From NCBI GenBank assembly GCA_035653295.1, contig DASRCB010000151.1, forward strand, positions 1 to 42,667: 42,667 nt of DNA, given 5' to 3'. The stretch is from Bryobacteraceae bacterium. GTDB taxonomy: Bacteria; Acidobacteriota; Terriglobia; Bryobacterales; Bryobacteraceae. This document shows, in pieces, positions 1 to 9,365 of this stretch. The position numbers and the translations under genes were made by a program. The notes under the pieces are model-generated. The model worked only from the letters and a program-made list of their open reading frames with translations. It searched no databases and had not been told where the DNA came from. Position 1 is the stretch's first letter, and every line of letters begins with the position of its first letter.

Positions 1-1257
1 ACGGCGAATCCGGCTGGTGGCTCGTACGTGAGTGGGACGAAGGTATGTCTCACCGCAGTGCCGGCAACTGGATGGCGATTTGCATCGTGGTCCGGCGCGG
101 TGCTCGACGGGTCGAACTGTCTGACGACGACCGCGAATGCGGCTGTGACGGCCACCTTCGCCCAGCTGTACACGCTGACTCTGAACGCATCTCCGTCAGC
201 GGGTGGGACGGTCGCTGCGAATCCGCCGGGCGGCTCGTACGTGAGTGGGACGAAGGTATGCCTGACCGCAGTGCCGGCAACCGGATGGCGATTTGTATCG
301 TGGTCCGGCGCGACGCTCGATGCTTCGAACTGCCTGACCATGACCGCAAACGCAACCGTTGCCGCAGCGTTTGCGAGCATCACGTATAAGCTAAGCGTTA
401 CCATCTCTCCTGCCGATGGCGGCGCGGTGTCAGTCACCCCGGTAAGCAGCACTGGTATATACGCAGGCGGCGCCAGAGTCTGTCTTACGGAAGTTCCCGC
501 GAGCGGCTGGTCATTTAGCAGGTGGGTTGGGGATGTGCCGGATTCCAGTGGCTGCACCTTGATGACGAGCGATCGCGCGATTACGGCGAATTTTACGTGG
601 CCGATCAACACATCCCAGGGCTTCGTCACGGAACTATATCAGGACCTGCTCGATCAAACACCCGATTCGGGAGCCGCATCCTGGGTTATCCAGATCGACA
701 GCGGCGCGATGACTCGTGCACAGGTTGGCGCATCGGTCATGGCTGGAAATGGTATCGGCCAGAGTGGTCTTTATCTTATTAAGATCTACGTTGCGATTCT
801 CGGCCGTGATCCGGATTTCGCTGGCTGGTGGAGCTGGTTCGCAGCTTTGCGATCGGGCATGACACAGGGCAGCATTCGGGATGCGTTTATTTCGTCGCCG
901 GAGTTCACGGCCAACTATGGTGCGGCGGTTTCCAACACGATGTTTGTCACACTCATTTATCAGAACATCCTTGGCCGCCCCCCGGATTCCGTTGGTTTGC
1001 AGTACTGGACGGCTCAGCTGCAGGCAGGCGTGAGCAGGGGAGATGTTGTAGGTGCATTCATCAGCAGTCCGGAGTTCGATGACGCCGTGCGCCCTCGATG
1101 CTACGCCAATCTGCTGTATCTCGGTTTCCTGCGCCGCACGGCTGAGGCAGCAGGGCTGGCGAGTTGGACGAGATCCCTGTCCACCGACTCCAATTTACCG
1201 GCGGCGGTCTCTACGTTTATCACTTCGCGGGAGTATCTGAGCCGTTTCGGACAGTGA
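1..1257 (+). CDS. 5'-truncated surface repeat protein: three ~71-aa InlB-B-repeat-like (bacterial repeat, GWxFxxWSG motif) modules followed by three DUF4214-like repeats
   Basis: The reading frame is open from nt 1, so the ORF-track start at 28 is internal. Three modules (PPGGSYVSGTKVCLTAVPATGWRFxSWSGAxLDxSNCLTxTANAxV...) each carry a GWRF/SWSG aromatic motif typical of Listeria-type bacterial repeat domains. The C-terminal half has three copies of the DUF4214 signature (LYxxxLxRxPDxxGxxxWxxxLxxGxxRxxVxxxFxxSPEF). Confidence 0.75.
   Translation, partial: TANPAGGSYVSGTKVCLTAVPATGWRFASWSGAVLDGSNCLTTTANAAVTATFAQLYTLTLNASPSAGGTVAANPPGGSYVSGTKVCLTAVPATGWRFVSWSGATLDASNCLTMTANATVAAAFASITYKLSVTISPADGGAVSVTPVSSTGIYAGGARVCLTEVPASGWSFSRWVGDVPDSSGCTLMTSDRAITANFTWPINTSQGFVTELYQDLLDQTPDSGAASWVIQIDSGAMTRAQVGASVMAGNGIGQSGLYLIKIYVAILGRDPDFAGWWSWFAALRSGMTQGSIRDAFISSPEFTANYGAAVSNTMFVTLIYQNILGRPPDSVGLQYWTAQLQAGVSRGDVVGAFISSPEFDDAVRPRCYANLLYLGFLRRTAEAAGLASWTRSLSTDSNLPAAVSTFITSREYLSRFGQ
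4..600 (+). repeat. 213-bp tandem repeat (two near-identical copies at nucleotide level plus a third diverged copy) inside the surface-protein CDS
   Basis: gcgaatccg...ctcgtacgtgagtgggacgaaggtatg recurs at 4 and 217, an offset of 213 nt. Copies 1 and 2 differ at only a few positions; copy 3 (about 427-600) is diverged. Confidence 0.8.
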
Positions 1258-1330
1258 TAGGGATATCGGATGGCCGGCGCCTGCTCTCAGTTTCTGATTC
1301 CGCTGCTAATTAGTGCTCGTGTAATGCGCA

Positions 1331-2704
1331 CTAAATCGCTGAAGCGCGGTTCTCGACTGTGGATGGACACTCTGAATGCGTGGCCCGACTTCCCGGGGCC
1401 AGGAAACTCATAATTCCCCTGGCTGCAGCGTCTGCCAGAATGCGATCCACGCTCTCTCGGGCGCACAAGCCGCCGACAAGACTGCCCGCGTAGGCCGCGA
1501 CGTTCATCCATTGCGCTGTATGGCGGTTTGCTAAAACGATTTTCAAAAAATCGGAGAAATCGCTTGCGTATGATGTCGGCTGATGCACTGCAATGAGCCG
1601 CTCCCGGCCATTCAGCCCGAGGTGGCGGAAGGCGGCGGGGTTTTCCGCGAAATCGCTCAGATACTGTTGGAGCAGCTCGATTTCCCGATCCTGTTCAATG
1701 AATAAAGCTGTATCGTGCGGCAAACTAGCGTACCACCCCGTCCGCGTCACGATCGTGGGGAGCGCATGATCCCAGAACTGTAGCTGTGTCATCGAAGCCT
1801 CGCCCATCGTCGGAAACCGCAGATTAATGGCAAGGTCCGCGTCGGCGATCAACCGGTCAGTTTCGCCGTTCGGAATATACCCGTGCAGGTGAACATCGTT
1901 CAGGAGATTCAGACTGGACGCCAGCTGCGTCACGTGCGTTTGATCCCACACCGGTCCATAGATGTGCAGAGAGAGTCGCCGCCGCAGCCGAGCGCCAGCC
2001 ATGGCGCGAAGAATCGATTCGATGCGTCGATTCGGATTGAGATAACCAAGTAAAACCACCTTCAGTGGTTCACGACCGTTCTCTTTCCTAAGCGTCTTCC
2101 ACCCTGCAAACGTTTCTTCTGAAGCCGCGGCGTACGGATAATTGAGGTACGCCACCGGTTGAGCCGTCTGTTTCTGGACAATATCGAAACCCTCGGTGGT
2201 ATGAACAACGACGCCGGCGGCGTTTTCAAGCGCCGCCTGTGTGAGCGGATAGGTTGTGGCCAGTTCATCCGGCCGCAGCCTGCCTGAAATGACGGATTCG
2301 GCGGCATTCGCTCCGCGAGCCCCGTAGTGATGCCCCATAAGCTCCTCGTAGCCGATTGAGCGGTCTCGCAGGCACATGCTCCAGAACAGATCCTGAAGGC
2401 GCAGGTCGTGCAGAACTACCACGCCCCCATGCGCGCGGGCAACCCGCCAGAGGCCTTCATGGTACGCGGCGTTGTTGCCCATGTTAAAGACGGAAATATC
2501 GGCACTGTTGATTTCCCGCCACGGTGGGTTTCCCGGACCGTACCTGCGAACCTTGGCCCACTTCTCAATTCGCTTGTCATACTTCGCCTGATCGGACCAT
2601 ACGATCACTTGCGTCTGCGCGCAAAGATAAGGCAGGATTGTGATCGTATATTCTGCGATGCCCGTCTGAGCCGGGGGGATCGGCGAAAACCAGTTGACCT
2701 TCAT
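1331..2704 (-). CDS. glycosyltransferase (GT-B fold, GT4-like)
   Basis: The likely start is the internal MKVNWFSPIPP, whose ATG overlaps the TGA of the upstream GT4 gene in an ATGA junction at 2701-2704. The C-terminal half has a GT-B donor-binding region (RFPTMGEASMTQLQFWDHALPTIVTR...E). Family is inferred from motifs only. Confidence 0.6.
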   Translation of the reverse strand: MKVNWFSPIPPAQTGIAEYTITILPYLCAQTQVIVWSDQAKYDKRIEKWAKVRRYGPGNPPWREINSADISVFNMGNNAAYHEGLWRVARAHGGVVVLHDLRLQDLFWSMCLRDRSIGYEELMGHHYGARGANAAESVISGRLRPDELATTYPLTQAALENAAGVVVHTTEGFDIVQKQTAQPVAYLNYPYAAASEETFAGWKTLRKENGREPLKVVLLGYLNPNRRIESILRAMAGARLRRRLSLHIYGPVWDQTHVTQLASSLNLLNDVHLHGYIPNGETDRLIADADLAINLRFPTMGEASMTQLQFWDHALPTIVTRTGWYASLPHDTALFIEQDREIELLQQYLSDFAENPAAFRHLGLNGRERLIAVHQPTSYASDFSDFLKIVLANRHTAQWMNVAAYAGSLVGGLCARESVDRILADAAARGIMSFLAPGSRATHSECPSTVENRASAI

Positions 2705-3738
2705 GACGCCAGCATTCGGACGACGCTTTCCCAGGAGATCTCCAGCGACTTGTAGCGGTCGCACGCCGCCGCTCCCATGCGCATCGCGGCAGCTCGGTCG
2801 TCCCAAAGCGTGTCAAGAGCCGCGGCCAGAGCACCGGGATCCGCGGGAACTACGAGCCCAGTTTCCCCGTCAGTAACAAATTCCACCGGCTCACCCGAAT
2901 CAACGCAGGTGATCACCGGTTTGCCGGACAGCATCGCCTCCAGCGTTACGTATCCGTAATCCTCGTCCAGCGGAGGATACACGACGCCAAGCGCATTGGC
3001 GTAAAGATCACGCTTCCTTTCCTCACTGATCCGGCCCAACCACTGGACCCGATCATCGAGCCGCAGTTGTGTGGTGAGGTGCCCCAGTTGCTGATCGTAC
3101 GAGGGTACGTCCGGCGCCCCTGCGAAAACGACACGAACACGATGCCGTGTTTTGGCGAGAGCGTGCAGCACGAGTTCCTGACGCTTGATGGCCGTAAGCC
3201 GGCTCGGAAAAAACAGATAATCGTCAAACGCGGCAGAATGGAACAACTCGGCGCCGGGCGGCGGGTGATACAGAGGAATCGAATCGAGGCCGCAGTAATG
3301 TTTGAGACGGGACGCTACATTTTTCGAATTTGCGTAAACGTGCCGGGCCTCAGGGATAAGGCTCCGGTCCGCTTCCGTTACAGCGCTGCGGATGCCCAGT
3401 CCGTCCTGGGATCGAATCAGGTCGCCGGCGAGCGGGTGATCCCATAAATCGTACGCCTGCCGGTGCTGATGCAGAATCCACAGCACCTTATTCGGATGCC
3501 GGATGTAGTACGCCGGAAACTTGAGGCCGATGAGAAGATCGGCATGCAGAGTAACATCCATCAGCCGACAAGCCAGCATCAGCTCGGGGATGCGTTCCGC
3601 GGGGTGGCATTGCAGGGGAACTTCGAAAAGCTCAGCGTCGTGTCCCGCGCTCTGCAGCGCCGAAATGAGCGATCTTGCGTGCAACTCGGCGCCGCCGAAT
3701 ACAAACGGAGTGCGGACGCTGGCAACGACGATTCTCAT
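2701..3738 (-). CDS. glycosyltransferase family 4 (glycosyl transferases group 1)
   Basis: Starts MRIVVASVRTPFVFGGAELHARSLISAL. The C-terminus has the classic GT4 EX7E region (GVVYPPLDEDYGYVTLEAMLSGKPVITCVDSGEPVEFVTDGETGLVV). Confidence 0.8.
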   Translation of the reverse strand: MRIVVASVRTPFVFGGAELHARSLISALQSAGHDAELFEVPLQCHPAERIPELMLACRLMDVTLHADLLIGLKFPAYYIRHPNKVLWILHQHRQAYDLWDHPLAGDLIRSQDGLGIRSAVTEADRSLIPEARHVYANSKNVASRLKHYCGLDSIPLYHPPPGAELFHSAAFDDYLFFPSRLTAIKRQELVLHALAKTRHRVRVVFAGAPDVPSYDQQLGHLTTQLRLDDRVQWLGRISEERKRDLYANALGVVYPPLDEDYGYVTLEAMLSGKPVITCVDSGEPVEFVTDGETGLVVPADPGALAAALDTLWDDRAAAMRMGAAACDRYKSLEISWESVVRMLAS

Positions 3739-3772
3739 TTTATCCGGGCTTTGTTCTGCGGCACAGTCGCTG

Positions 3773-4222
3773 TTAGAGAGTTACTGACCGTACGCTGCCG
3801 CTGTTTTGACCCGTGTCATCGGTGGCGGCGTTGCTGCCATCGCCGACGAGCGCCTCCCGCGTTCGCTCACCAGTGCAGACTCTGACGTGCAGGTCGCGGA
3901 GTATTGCGTTTTGTTCCTGCAGAACGGCCAGGATGGCGTTCTGAGCCGCCACAATCTGTGGTGTGTACCAGAACAACATTCTCCTTACGAGGCGTACCCC
4001 GACGGCGCCAATCTTCGCTCTGAAGCCAGGGGGGCTCGCAGGGAATTGCCCAATGCCGGCGCTCGCCCTTTCAGCGGAGCGCAGCAGACTTGCAACGGCA
4101 TCGGAACCGTTTGCGGCCGCAACGAGTTGCGATTTCTGCCGGGTGCATTGCGCAGCCGAAATAACTTTTTGCGTAAGCAGCGATTTGAGGCTTTCGCCCT
4201 CCGCCGCAGCCCTGACCTGCAT
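3773..4222 (-). CDS. hypothetical small protein (possible coiled-coil), downstream partner of the GT operon
   Basis: A 149-aa ORF sits in an otherwise empty 580-bp gap between the GT4 gene and the divergent epimerase gene. No recognisable domain. The overlapping plus-strand ORF 3806..4441 is Arg-rich and junk-like. Confidence 0.25.
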   Translation of the reverse strand: MQVRAAAEGESLKSLLTQKVISAAQCTRQKSQLVAAANGSDAVASLLRSAERASAGIGQFPASPPGFRAKIGAVGVRLVRRMLFWYTPQIVAAQNAILAVLQEQNAILRDLHVRVCTGERTREALVGDGSNAATDDTGQNSGSVRSVTL

Positions 4223-4319
4223 GAATCGGCTTGCTCCGATGCTGCTGCTATACTAGCAGATCGTGAGCCGGCACGGTCGACGTCTTTGCCTCGGGACCGT
4301 CCGCGGGTGAAATGCGCGG

Positions 4320-5501
4320 ATGAAGGTCATAGTAACCGGGGTAGCCGGGTTCATCGGCAGTCATGCCGCCGAGCGCTTTCTGCGCCGTGGCGCGCAGGTT
4401 ATCGGTCTCGACAATCTGTCACGCCCGGGGGGCCCCTATAATCTGGCCTACCTTGCTGCAATCGCCGATGAGGGCCAGTTTATTTTTCGCCACTGCGATG
4501 TGCGCCGCTGGTCCGATGTCGATGCGGCCTTCGCCGATGGCGCCGTCGATGTGGTGATCCATGAAGCGGGCCAGGTCGCGGTTACGACGTCGGTTGCGGA
4601 CCCGCGCAGCGACTTCGATGCCAATGCTCTGGGCACGCTGAACGTGCTCGAGGCAACCCGATTGCGAGCTCCCCACGCCATTTTTCTCTTTGCCTCGACG
4701 AACAAAGTCTACGGCGCGCTGGACCACGCAGCGGTGACTGAGGCGGCGCAGCGGTACTGTTACCGTGATATCCCCGAAGGGGTCGATGAACGCGCTCCGC
4801 TCGACTTCCACTCGCCTTATGGCTGCTCCAAAGGTTGTGCTGAGCAATATGTCCGCGATTATCACCGGATCTACGGGCTCAAATCAGTCGTATTCAGGCA
4901 ATCCTGTGTTTATGGCCCGCGCCAATATGGGATGGAAGATCAGGGCTGGGTGGCCTGGTTCAGCATTGCCGCAGTGCTCGGACATCCGATCACGATCTTC
5001 GGCGACGGCAAGCAGACTCGCGACCTTCTGTGGATCGATGATCTGATTGATCTGTATTTACTCGCGATCGACAACATCCAGGTTGCTGCAGGGCGGATCT
5101 ACAACGCGGGCGGGGGCGTGTCCTACTCGCTTTCGATTCTCGAACTGCTGGCGCTGCTCGAGCATCTGCTGCACAAGCGCATTCCGTACTCACGGAGTAA
5201 CTGGCGTCCAGGCGATCAGAGGATTTTCACCGCCAACTGTGCCCGCGCCAGGCAGGAGCTTAACTGGGCTCCCACCCGCGACCCCCGGCGCGGCGTCGGA
5301 GAAATGCTGGAATGGATCCGGGGCGCGGAAAAGCAGGTCGCGGAACTCGTGGGAACACGACTGCTGACACCGTCTCAGTCTTCGCGCTTCCTGACCAGAA
5401 ACGTTGTGGAAACGAATTCCGGCGATCCCGTCATGGAATCCGGCTGCACTTCGACGACCCGGCAATCGAGCGATGCGATCAGCTCGAAAATCACGTCCTG
5501 A
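4320..5501 (+). CDS. NAD-dependent epimerase/dehydratase, CDP-paratose 2-epimerase (tyvelose epimerase)-like SDR
   Basis: Has a GVAGFIGSH Rossmann motif and DNLSRPGGPYNLAYL. The DFHSPYGCSKGCAEQY (YxxxK), DQGWVAWF, GDGKQTRDLL and SLSILELLALLE segments closely track the CDP-tyvelose/paratose 2-epimerase family. It has a ~50-aa non-conserved C-terminal tail. Confidence 0.8.
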   Translation: MKVIVTGVAGFIGSHAAERFLRRGAQVIGLDNLSRPGGPYNLAYLAAIADEGQFIFRHCDVRRWSDVDAAFADGAVDVVIHEAGQVAVTTSVADPRSDFDANALGTLNVLEATRLRAPHAIFLFASTNKVYGALDHAAVTEAAQRYCYRDIPEGVDERAPLDFHSPYGCSKGCAEQYVRDYHRIYGLKSVVFRQSCVYGPRQYGMEDQGWVAWFSIAAVLGHPITIFGDGKQTRDLLWIDDLIDLYLLAIDNIQVAAGRIYNAGGGVSYSLSILELLALLEHLLHKRIPYSRSNWRPGDQRIFTANCARARQELNWAPTRDPRRGVGEMLEWIRGAEKQVAELVGTRLLTPSQSSRFLTRNVVETNSGDPVMESGCTSTTRQSSDAISSKITS

Positions 5502-6493
5502 GGGAGCATGTGCATTTCCATCCGGCTCGGAGGCGCAGGGTTGACCTGCGTCCGCGGATACTTCTGCGCCCGGAATTCATAGTTCTCGTAATATGTGGGC
5601 GCCTGAAACCAGGCGATGCCGCCTGGATTCAGCGCGGACAGGAGCCGCCCCAGGATGTGGCGGATCACGGGCGGCGGATTGTGCTGGAGAACAATCACTG
5701 AGAAAACGGCGTCTACCCGCGGCAGGCGCTCCAGCTCATCCATGGACATCGTCCGAAGATCCGCCTGCCGGCCAACGTCCCGGAGATGTTGTTCGGCAAT
5801 GTTCAGGTGATGCCTTGAAATGTCGTACCCGATCACGTTCGGAAATGCACCCGCTAGCCAGGCGGTAACGCGGCCGGTTCCGCAGCCAAACTCGAGGACA
5901 CTCGTGATCCGGTCCGGCGAAATTCTGTTGCGCCGCAACCACGTCAGAAATCGTTCCACGTCGGCCTCGCCTGAACTCCAGAACTGCTCCGCGCTTTTCG
6001 AAAACGAAGCCTTCCGGAACTCGTCGGATGTGATGACAGACCAATAAGGTTCCTGCTCACCGAGCTCCGTCCAGACCCGCTGAACGTGCTGCAGCATTTT
6101 CGCCAGAGTCGCCGGGTCCGTTTCCGTCTCGACCCGAACCGGCGGCGCAAGATCGTGAACAGGCATGAGAACCGATGGCGAGCAGATGCGCCGAAACTCC
6201 TGGCTGTGGAGGAACGCTCGGCGGAGGCTCTGCCAATCGGGCAGACCGTTCATCGTGGCGCGGATCACCTCCTCACTCTCCGGTTCCCTGCCGAGGAAGA
6301 GACGATATGCGGCTACAACGAGTTCTCGCGAGATCACTGGTCCCATAATAAAGTCATGCAAAACGAGAACCGCCGCCCCGAACGGACCGGCGCCCCAGGC
6401 GAGCGAAAACAATGGGGGTCGGCGCACGCGCTCATTCAATAACCTCCGGTGGAACGCCATACTGCTGAATGCAATGTGGCGGACCGGCAGCAC
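5375..6493 (-). CDS. DUF4214-domain fused to class I SAM-dependent methyltransferase
   Basis: The N-terminus has a DUF4214 signature (LVVAAYRLFLGREPESEEV...LHSQEF). The C-terminus has MT motif I (LEFGCGTGRVTAWL), motif post I (VIGYDIS) and LNPGGIAWF. The true start is probably an internal Met (near 6346 or 6460), because the 6493 start would overlap the divergent sulfotransferase. Confidence 0.7.
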   Translation of the reverse strand: MLPVRHIAFSSMAFHRRLLNERVRRPPLFSLAWGAGPFGAAVLVLHDFIMGPVISRELVVAAYRLFLGREPESEEVIRATMNGLPDWQSLRRAFLHSQEFRRICSPSVLMPVHDLAPPVRVETETDPATLAKMLQHVQRVWTELGEQEPYWSVITSDEFRKASFSKSAEQFWSSGEADVERFLTWLRRNRISPDRITSVLEFGCGTGRVTAWLAGAFPNVIGYDISRHHLNIAEQHLRDVGRQADLRTMSMDELERLPRVDAVFSVIVLQHNPPPVIRHILGRLLSALNPGGIAWFQAPTYYENYEFRAQKYPRTQVNPAPPSRMEMHMLPQDVIFELIASLDCRVVEVQPDSMTGSPEFVSTTFLVRKRED

Positions 6494-7445
6494 CTGGCTG
6501 TGGCAGTGCTTTCGCCGCGAGCCGGCCTTTCACTGCTATTACGAACCGCTGCACCACGATCTTCTCAGTCATACTCACGAACTCGACCGCGCCGCCCTGC
6601 TCCGCGGGATGACTCGGCATATGCGCCATCCGGACCTTTCTCGGCCGTACTTCGAGGAGTATCCGGTTGTGCAGAATGGCGGCGTGCCGTATTACCTCAA
6701 GCGCTTCGCCCATGAACGGTACTGCCTTTCTGAGCACGACGAGGATCCCGAGCTCGAGCAATATTTCTACAATTTGTGCTGCTTCGCCTACGATCAGGGC
6801 CGCGTGCCCGTTTTCCAACCCAATCGCATGCTCCTGAGATCGAGATGGTTCTGTGCCCATTTTCACGCCCTGCATGTGTTCGTAATGCGGAACTATGCCG
6901 ACGTGTGGCGTTCGATGCGCAGCTTTGAAAACCAGTTCTTCCCTTCGATCATCCTCTGCACAATCGCCCAGAACCAGCGGCATCCGCTGTTTCGGCGGCT
7001 GACGGCACGGTTCCCGCTTCCCTGTCACCGGGACGAGTCGGTTCTGACCGAATACGAGTACTACCTGCGCGAGATGCTGCGCGACACGGTCCGCGCTTTT
7101 GCCTGCTTCTACTACTTCTACGTACTAACGTCGCTTTACAATCTCGCGTGCGCCGACGTTTTGGTCGACATTGACGCGGTTTCCGGTGATGCGGCGTTCC
7201 GGGAAACGGTGCAGCGCAGGTTTGCTGGTCTAACCCTTCCGGTCTCCCTCGATGATTGCCGCATTACACATTCGTCCACCCAGATTCCTGAGGATTCTGA
7301 GGACCTCCGTGGCGAGATGGAGCGCATCGCAGTGGACACGCTTCGGAGCGAGGCCGGTTTAACTGCACGTGGTGTTCTGAAGTGCCGTGCGGCCATGGGG
7401 GGCGCTTCGTACCAGTGGGTGAGACGCCTTACTGAGCTAATGTAA
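6474..7445 (+). CDS. sulfotransferase family protein (PAPS-dependent)
   Basis: RTGSTWL near the N-terminus matches the 5'-PSB motif (K/R-T/S-G-T-T-W-L) of sulfotransferases. The start is assigned to the ATG at 6474, which lies just before that motif. The ORF-track start at 6165 would overlap the methyltransferase gene by 329 bp. Confidence 0.5.
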   Translation: MWRTGSTWLWQCFRREPAFHCYYEPLHHDLLSHTHELDRAALLRGMTRHMRHPDLSRPYFEEYPVVQNGGVPYYLKRFAHERYCLSEHDEDPELEQYFYNLCCFAYDQGRVPVFQPNRMLLRSRWFCAHFHALHVFVMRNYADVWRSMRSFENQFFPSIILCTIAQNQRHPLFRRLTARFPLPCHRDESVLTEYEYYLREMLRDTVRAFACFYYFYVLTSLYNLACADVLVDIDAVSGDAAFRETVQRRFAGLTLPVSLDDCRITHSSTQIPEDSEDLRGEMERIAVDTLRSEAGLTARGVLKCRAAMGGASYQWVRRLTELM

Positions 7446-7700
7446 TACATCTAACAAACAAGCGACGGGTCCACTATGTAACCCATTGCATTAACCGGAT
7501 ATCGCTGGTATTCTGTTCGGGACAAAGGTGAAGGTAGAATCGGCGGCTTAGACCGGTTCGCCTTAAGGGATGGCAAGGCATTGCGAGTAGTACGCGAATG
7601 ACGAAACCGTTTGTAGCGCTTCGTAGTCGAACCATCGCTACGGAGTGAATCGCGGCAAGTTGTAACGATCGCGACAGCTCGCAAGCCAGGAGGAGGAAGG
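7446..7700 (+). promoter_or_regulatory. lower-GC 255-bp leader/promoter region upstream of the PEP-CTERM gene, with hairpin CGTAGCG-N17-CGCTACG and strong RBS AGGAGGAGGAAGG
   Basis: AT-richer than the flanks. It contains the imperfect palindrome cgtagcgcttcgtagtcgaaccatcgctacg (about 7613-7643). The RBS lies 4-5 nt before the ATG at 7701. Confidence 0.3.
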
Positions 7701-8360
7701 ATGGTTAGGACTCTCAGGTGCGCCGTACTACTCGCTGCGGCCGCAGCGCTGGCCGGGGCGGATACACTTAAAACGTTCGACGGCCCCATATTTTCCGCAG
7801 TACCGCTGGATCTCACAAACCAGCTGTTGGCTTCGGACGGGTTAACGTTTTCTAGCACAACGGGCGGATCGTGTACATCGTCCTACTGTGGCTTCGTTGT
7901 GCAGAACTTCGATAGCGGCGGCATCCTTATTCCATCCGGACCGAACTACGTGAACGTGGCTGGAAACGCCGGCGTTCTCAATACCTTAACACTGAATGCC
8001 CCAGTGCAGGGCGTGGCATTTGATCTGCTCGGGTTGCAGAATGCGAGTGCTGCCGGATTTGATGGCGCCACCATCGATTTTCTGAACGCGAGCAATGCCG
8101 TGGTCGGCACGATGACGATCAACCCTGTGCAGGTTGGCACGACCAATCTCGCGGTTCAAACAGTCGTATTCAATAGTACGGCAGCTGATATTACCAGCAT
8201 AGGCTTCACCAAGATCAATACTGCCGCGGGTCAGGCAATGTTCGGGTTTGACAATCTCGTTTTGAGCTCCACCGCAATTCCCGAGCCTGCTTCGGTCGGC
8301 CTGATCGGTCTTGGCCTTGTTGGCGCCGGTCTTCTCAGGCGGCGATTCAACGCCCGCTAA
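7701..8360 (+). CDS. PEP-CTERM sorting-domain secreted protein (exosortase substrate)
   Basis: N-terminal signal peptide (MVRTLRCAVLLAAAAALAGA). The C-terminus is IPEPASVGLIGLGLVGAGLLRRRFNAR, i.e. a PEP motif followed by a TM helix and an Arg cluster. Confidence 0.8.
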   Translation: MVRTLRCAVLLAAAAALAGADTLKTFDGPIFSAVPLDLTNQLLASDGLTFSSTTGGSCTSSYCGFVVQNFDSGGILIPSGPNYVNVAGNAGVLNTLTLNAPVQGVAFDLLGLQNASAAGFDGATIDFLNASNAVVGTMTINPVQVGTTNLAVQTVVFNSTAADITSIGFTKINTAAGQAMFGFDNLVLSSTAIPEPASVGLIGLGLVGAGLLRRRFNAR

Positions 8361-8586
8361 GCGTCTCTTCTCCAACTTCTGATTGCAGGGCGCGCCCGCG
8401 CCCTTCACAGTTCTGCGGTGGCTGCAATGGCCACGCTGTTCGGGTCATAGGCAGAGCTGCACCCCTTTCAAGAGTACGCCCGAGATTGGCCACCCGAGAT
8501 CCGCTCTGACGTGGCCCAGCCCGGAGCATCCACCCTCCTCCATGCGCCCGTGCGACAATACACTTCCGAAGATCGAACGCGCGGCC

Positions 8587-9363
8587 ATGCCGCCAATTCC
8601 CATGTGGAAAGGCGACTACAAATTCCTCATCCGCTCCCTCATCCTCAAGGATTTCCGCATCCGCTACCGCAACATGTCCCTGGGCGTGTTCTGGTCTCTC
8701 CTCAACCCGCTCATCATGATGGGCGTGCTCACGTTCCTGTTCACTATCGTCTTCCCCAATCGCATCCCCCACTTCCCCGCCTTCGTCCTGTGCGGCCTTG
8801 TCCCCTTTAACTTCTTCAGCCTGGCCTGGGTCACCGGGACCACATCGCTCAACGACAACGCCGGTCTGATCAAGCGCGTTCCGGTCCCGCGCGAAGTCGT
8901 ACCCATTACCGCGGTCCTCTCCAACACCCTCCATCTCGCCATCCAGATCCTGCTGCTCATCGCCCTTGTTCTGGTTTCCCACCTCCGCGTCAACGTCCAT
9001 TGGCTCTGGCTGCCTCTGCTCTGGCTGCTCGAGATCGTGTTCGTCTGCGGGCTCGCGCTGTTCTGCTCCGGGCTCAACGTCTATGTGCGCGATATGCGCT
9101 ACGTCGTGGAATCCGCCAACACCATCCTCTTCTGGCTGGTGCCCATTTTCTATCCCTTCAGCGTCATTCCCCAGCGGTTTCGCGACGTGTACCAGTACAA
9201 TCCCGTCGCCGCGCTGGTGCTTGGCATGCGCAATGTGCTCCTGGAAAACCGCCCTCCCGCGCCGACTCTGGTTTTCAAGCTCACCCTCGTCGCGCTTTTC
9301 AGCCTGAGCCTTGGCCTCCTCGCGTTTCGTCTGCTGAAGGCGCGGTTCTACGATTACCTGTAA
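8587..9363 (+). CDS. wzm: ABC-2 type polysaccharide/O-antigen exporter permease (Wzm/KpsM/TagG family)
   Basis: [40 protein letters not shown] is the ABC-2 permease signature, and six TM segments are predicted. The start is taken at the internal MPPIPMWKG (8587), since the preceding 68 codons of the ORF are Pro/Ser-rich and junk-like. Confidence 0.8.
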   Translation: MPPIPMWKGDYKFLIRSLILKDFRIRYRNMSLGVFWSLLNPLIMMGVLTFLFTIVFPNRIPHFPAFVLCGLVPFNFFSLAWVTGTTSLNDNAGLIKRVPVPREVVPITAVLSNTLHLAIQILLLIALVLVSHLRVNVHWLWLPLLWLLEIVFVCGLALFCSGLNVYVRDMRYVVESANTILFWLVPIFYPFSVIPQRFRDVYQYNPVAALVLGMRNVLLENRPPAPTLVFKLTLVALFSLSLGLLAFRLLKARFYDYL

Positions 9364-9365
9364 CG

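Noticed and set aside
3806-4441. 211-aa plus-strand ORF upstream of and overlapping the epimerase start
   Set aside because: Arg-rich composition, no domain, and it would overlap the well-supported epimerase N-terminus.
7571-7584. Sigma-54-like element TGGCAaggcaTTGC upstream of the PEP-CTERM gene (PEP-CTERM loci are often RpoN/PrsR dependent)
   Set aside because: GG to GC spacing is 9 rather than the obligatory 10 nt, so it is not a valid -24/-12 promoter as read. Worth re-checking only if the sequence has an indel here.
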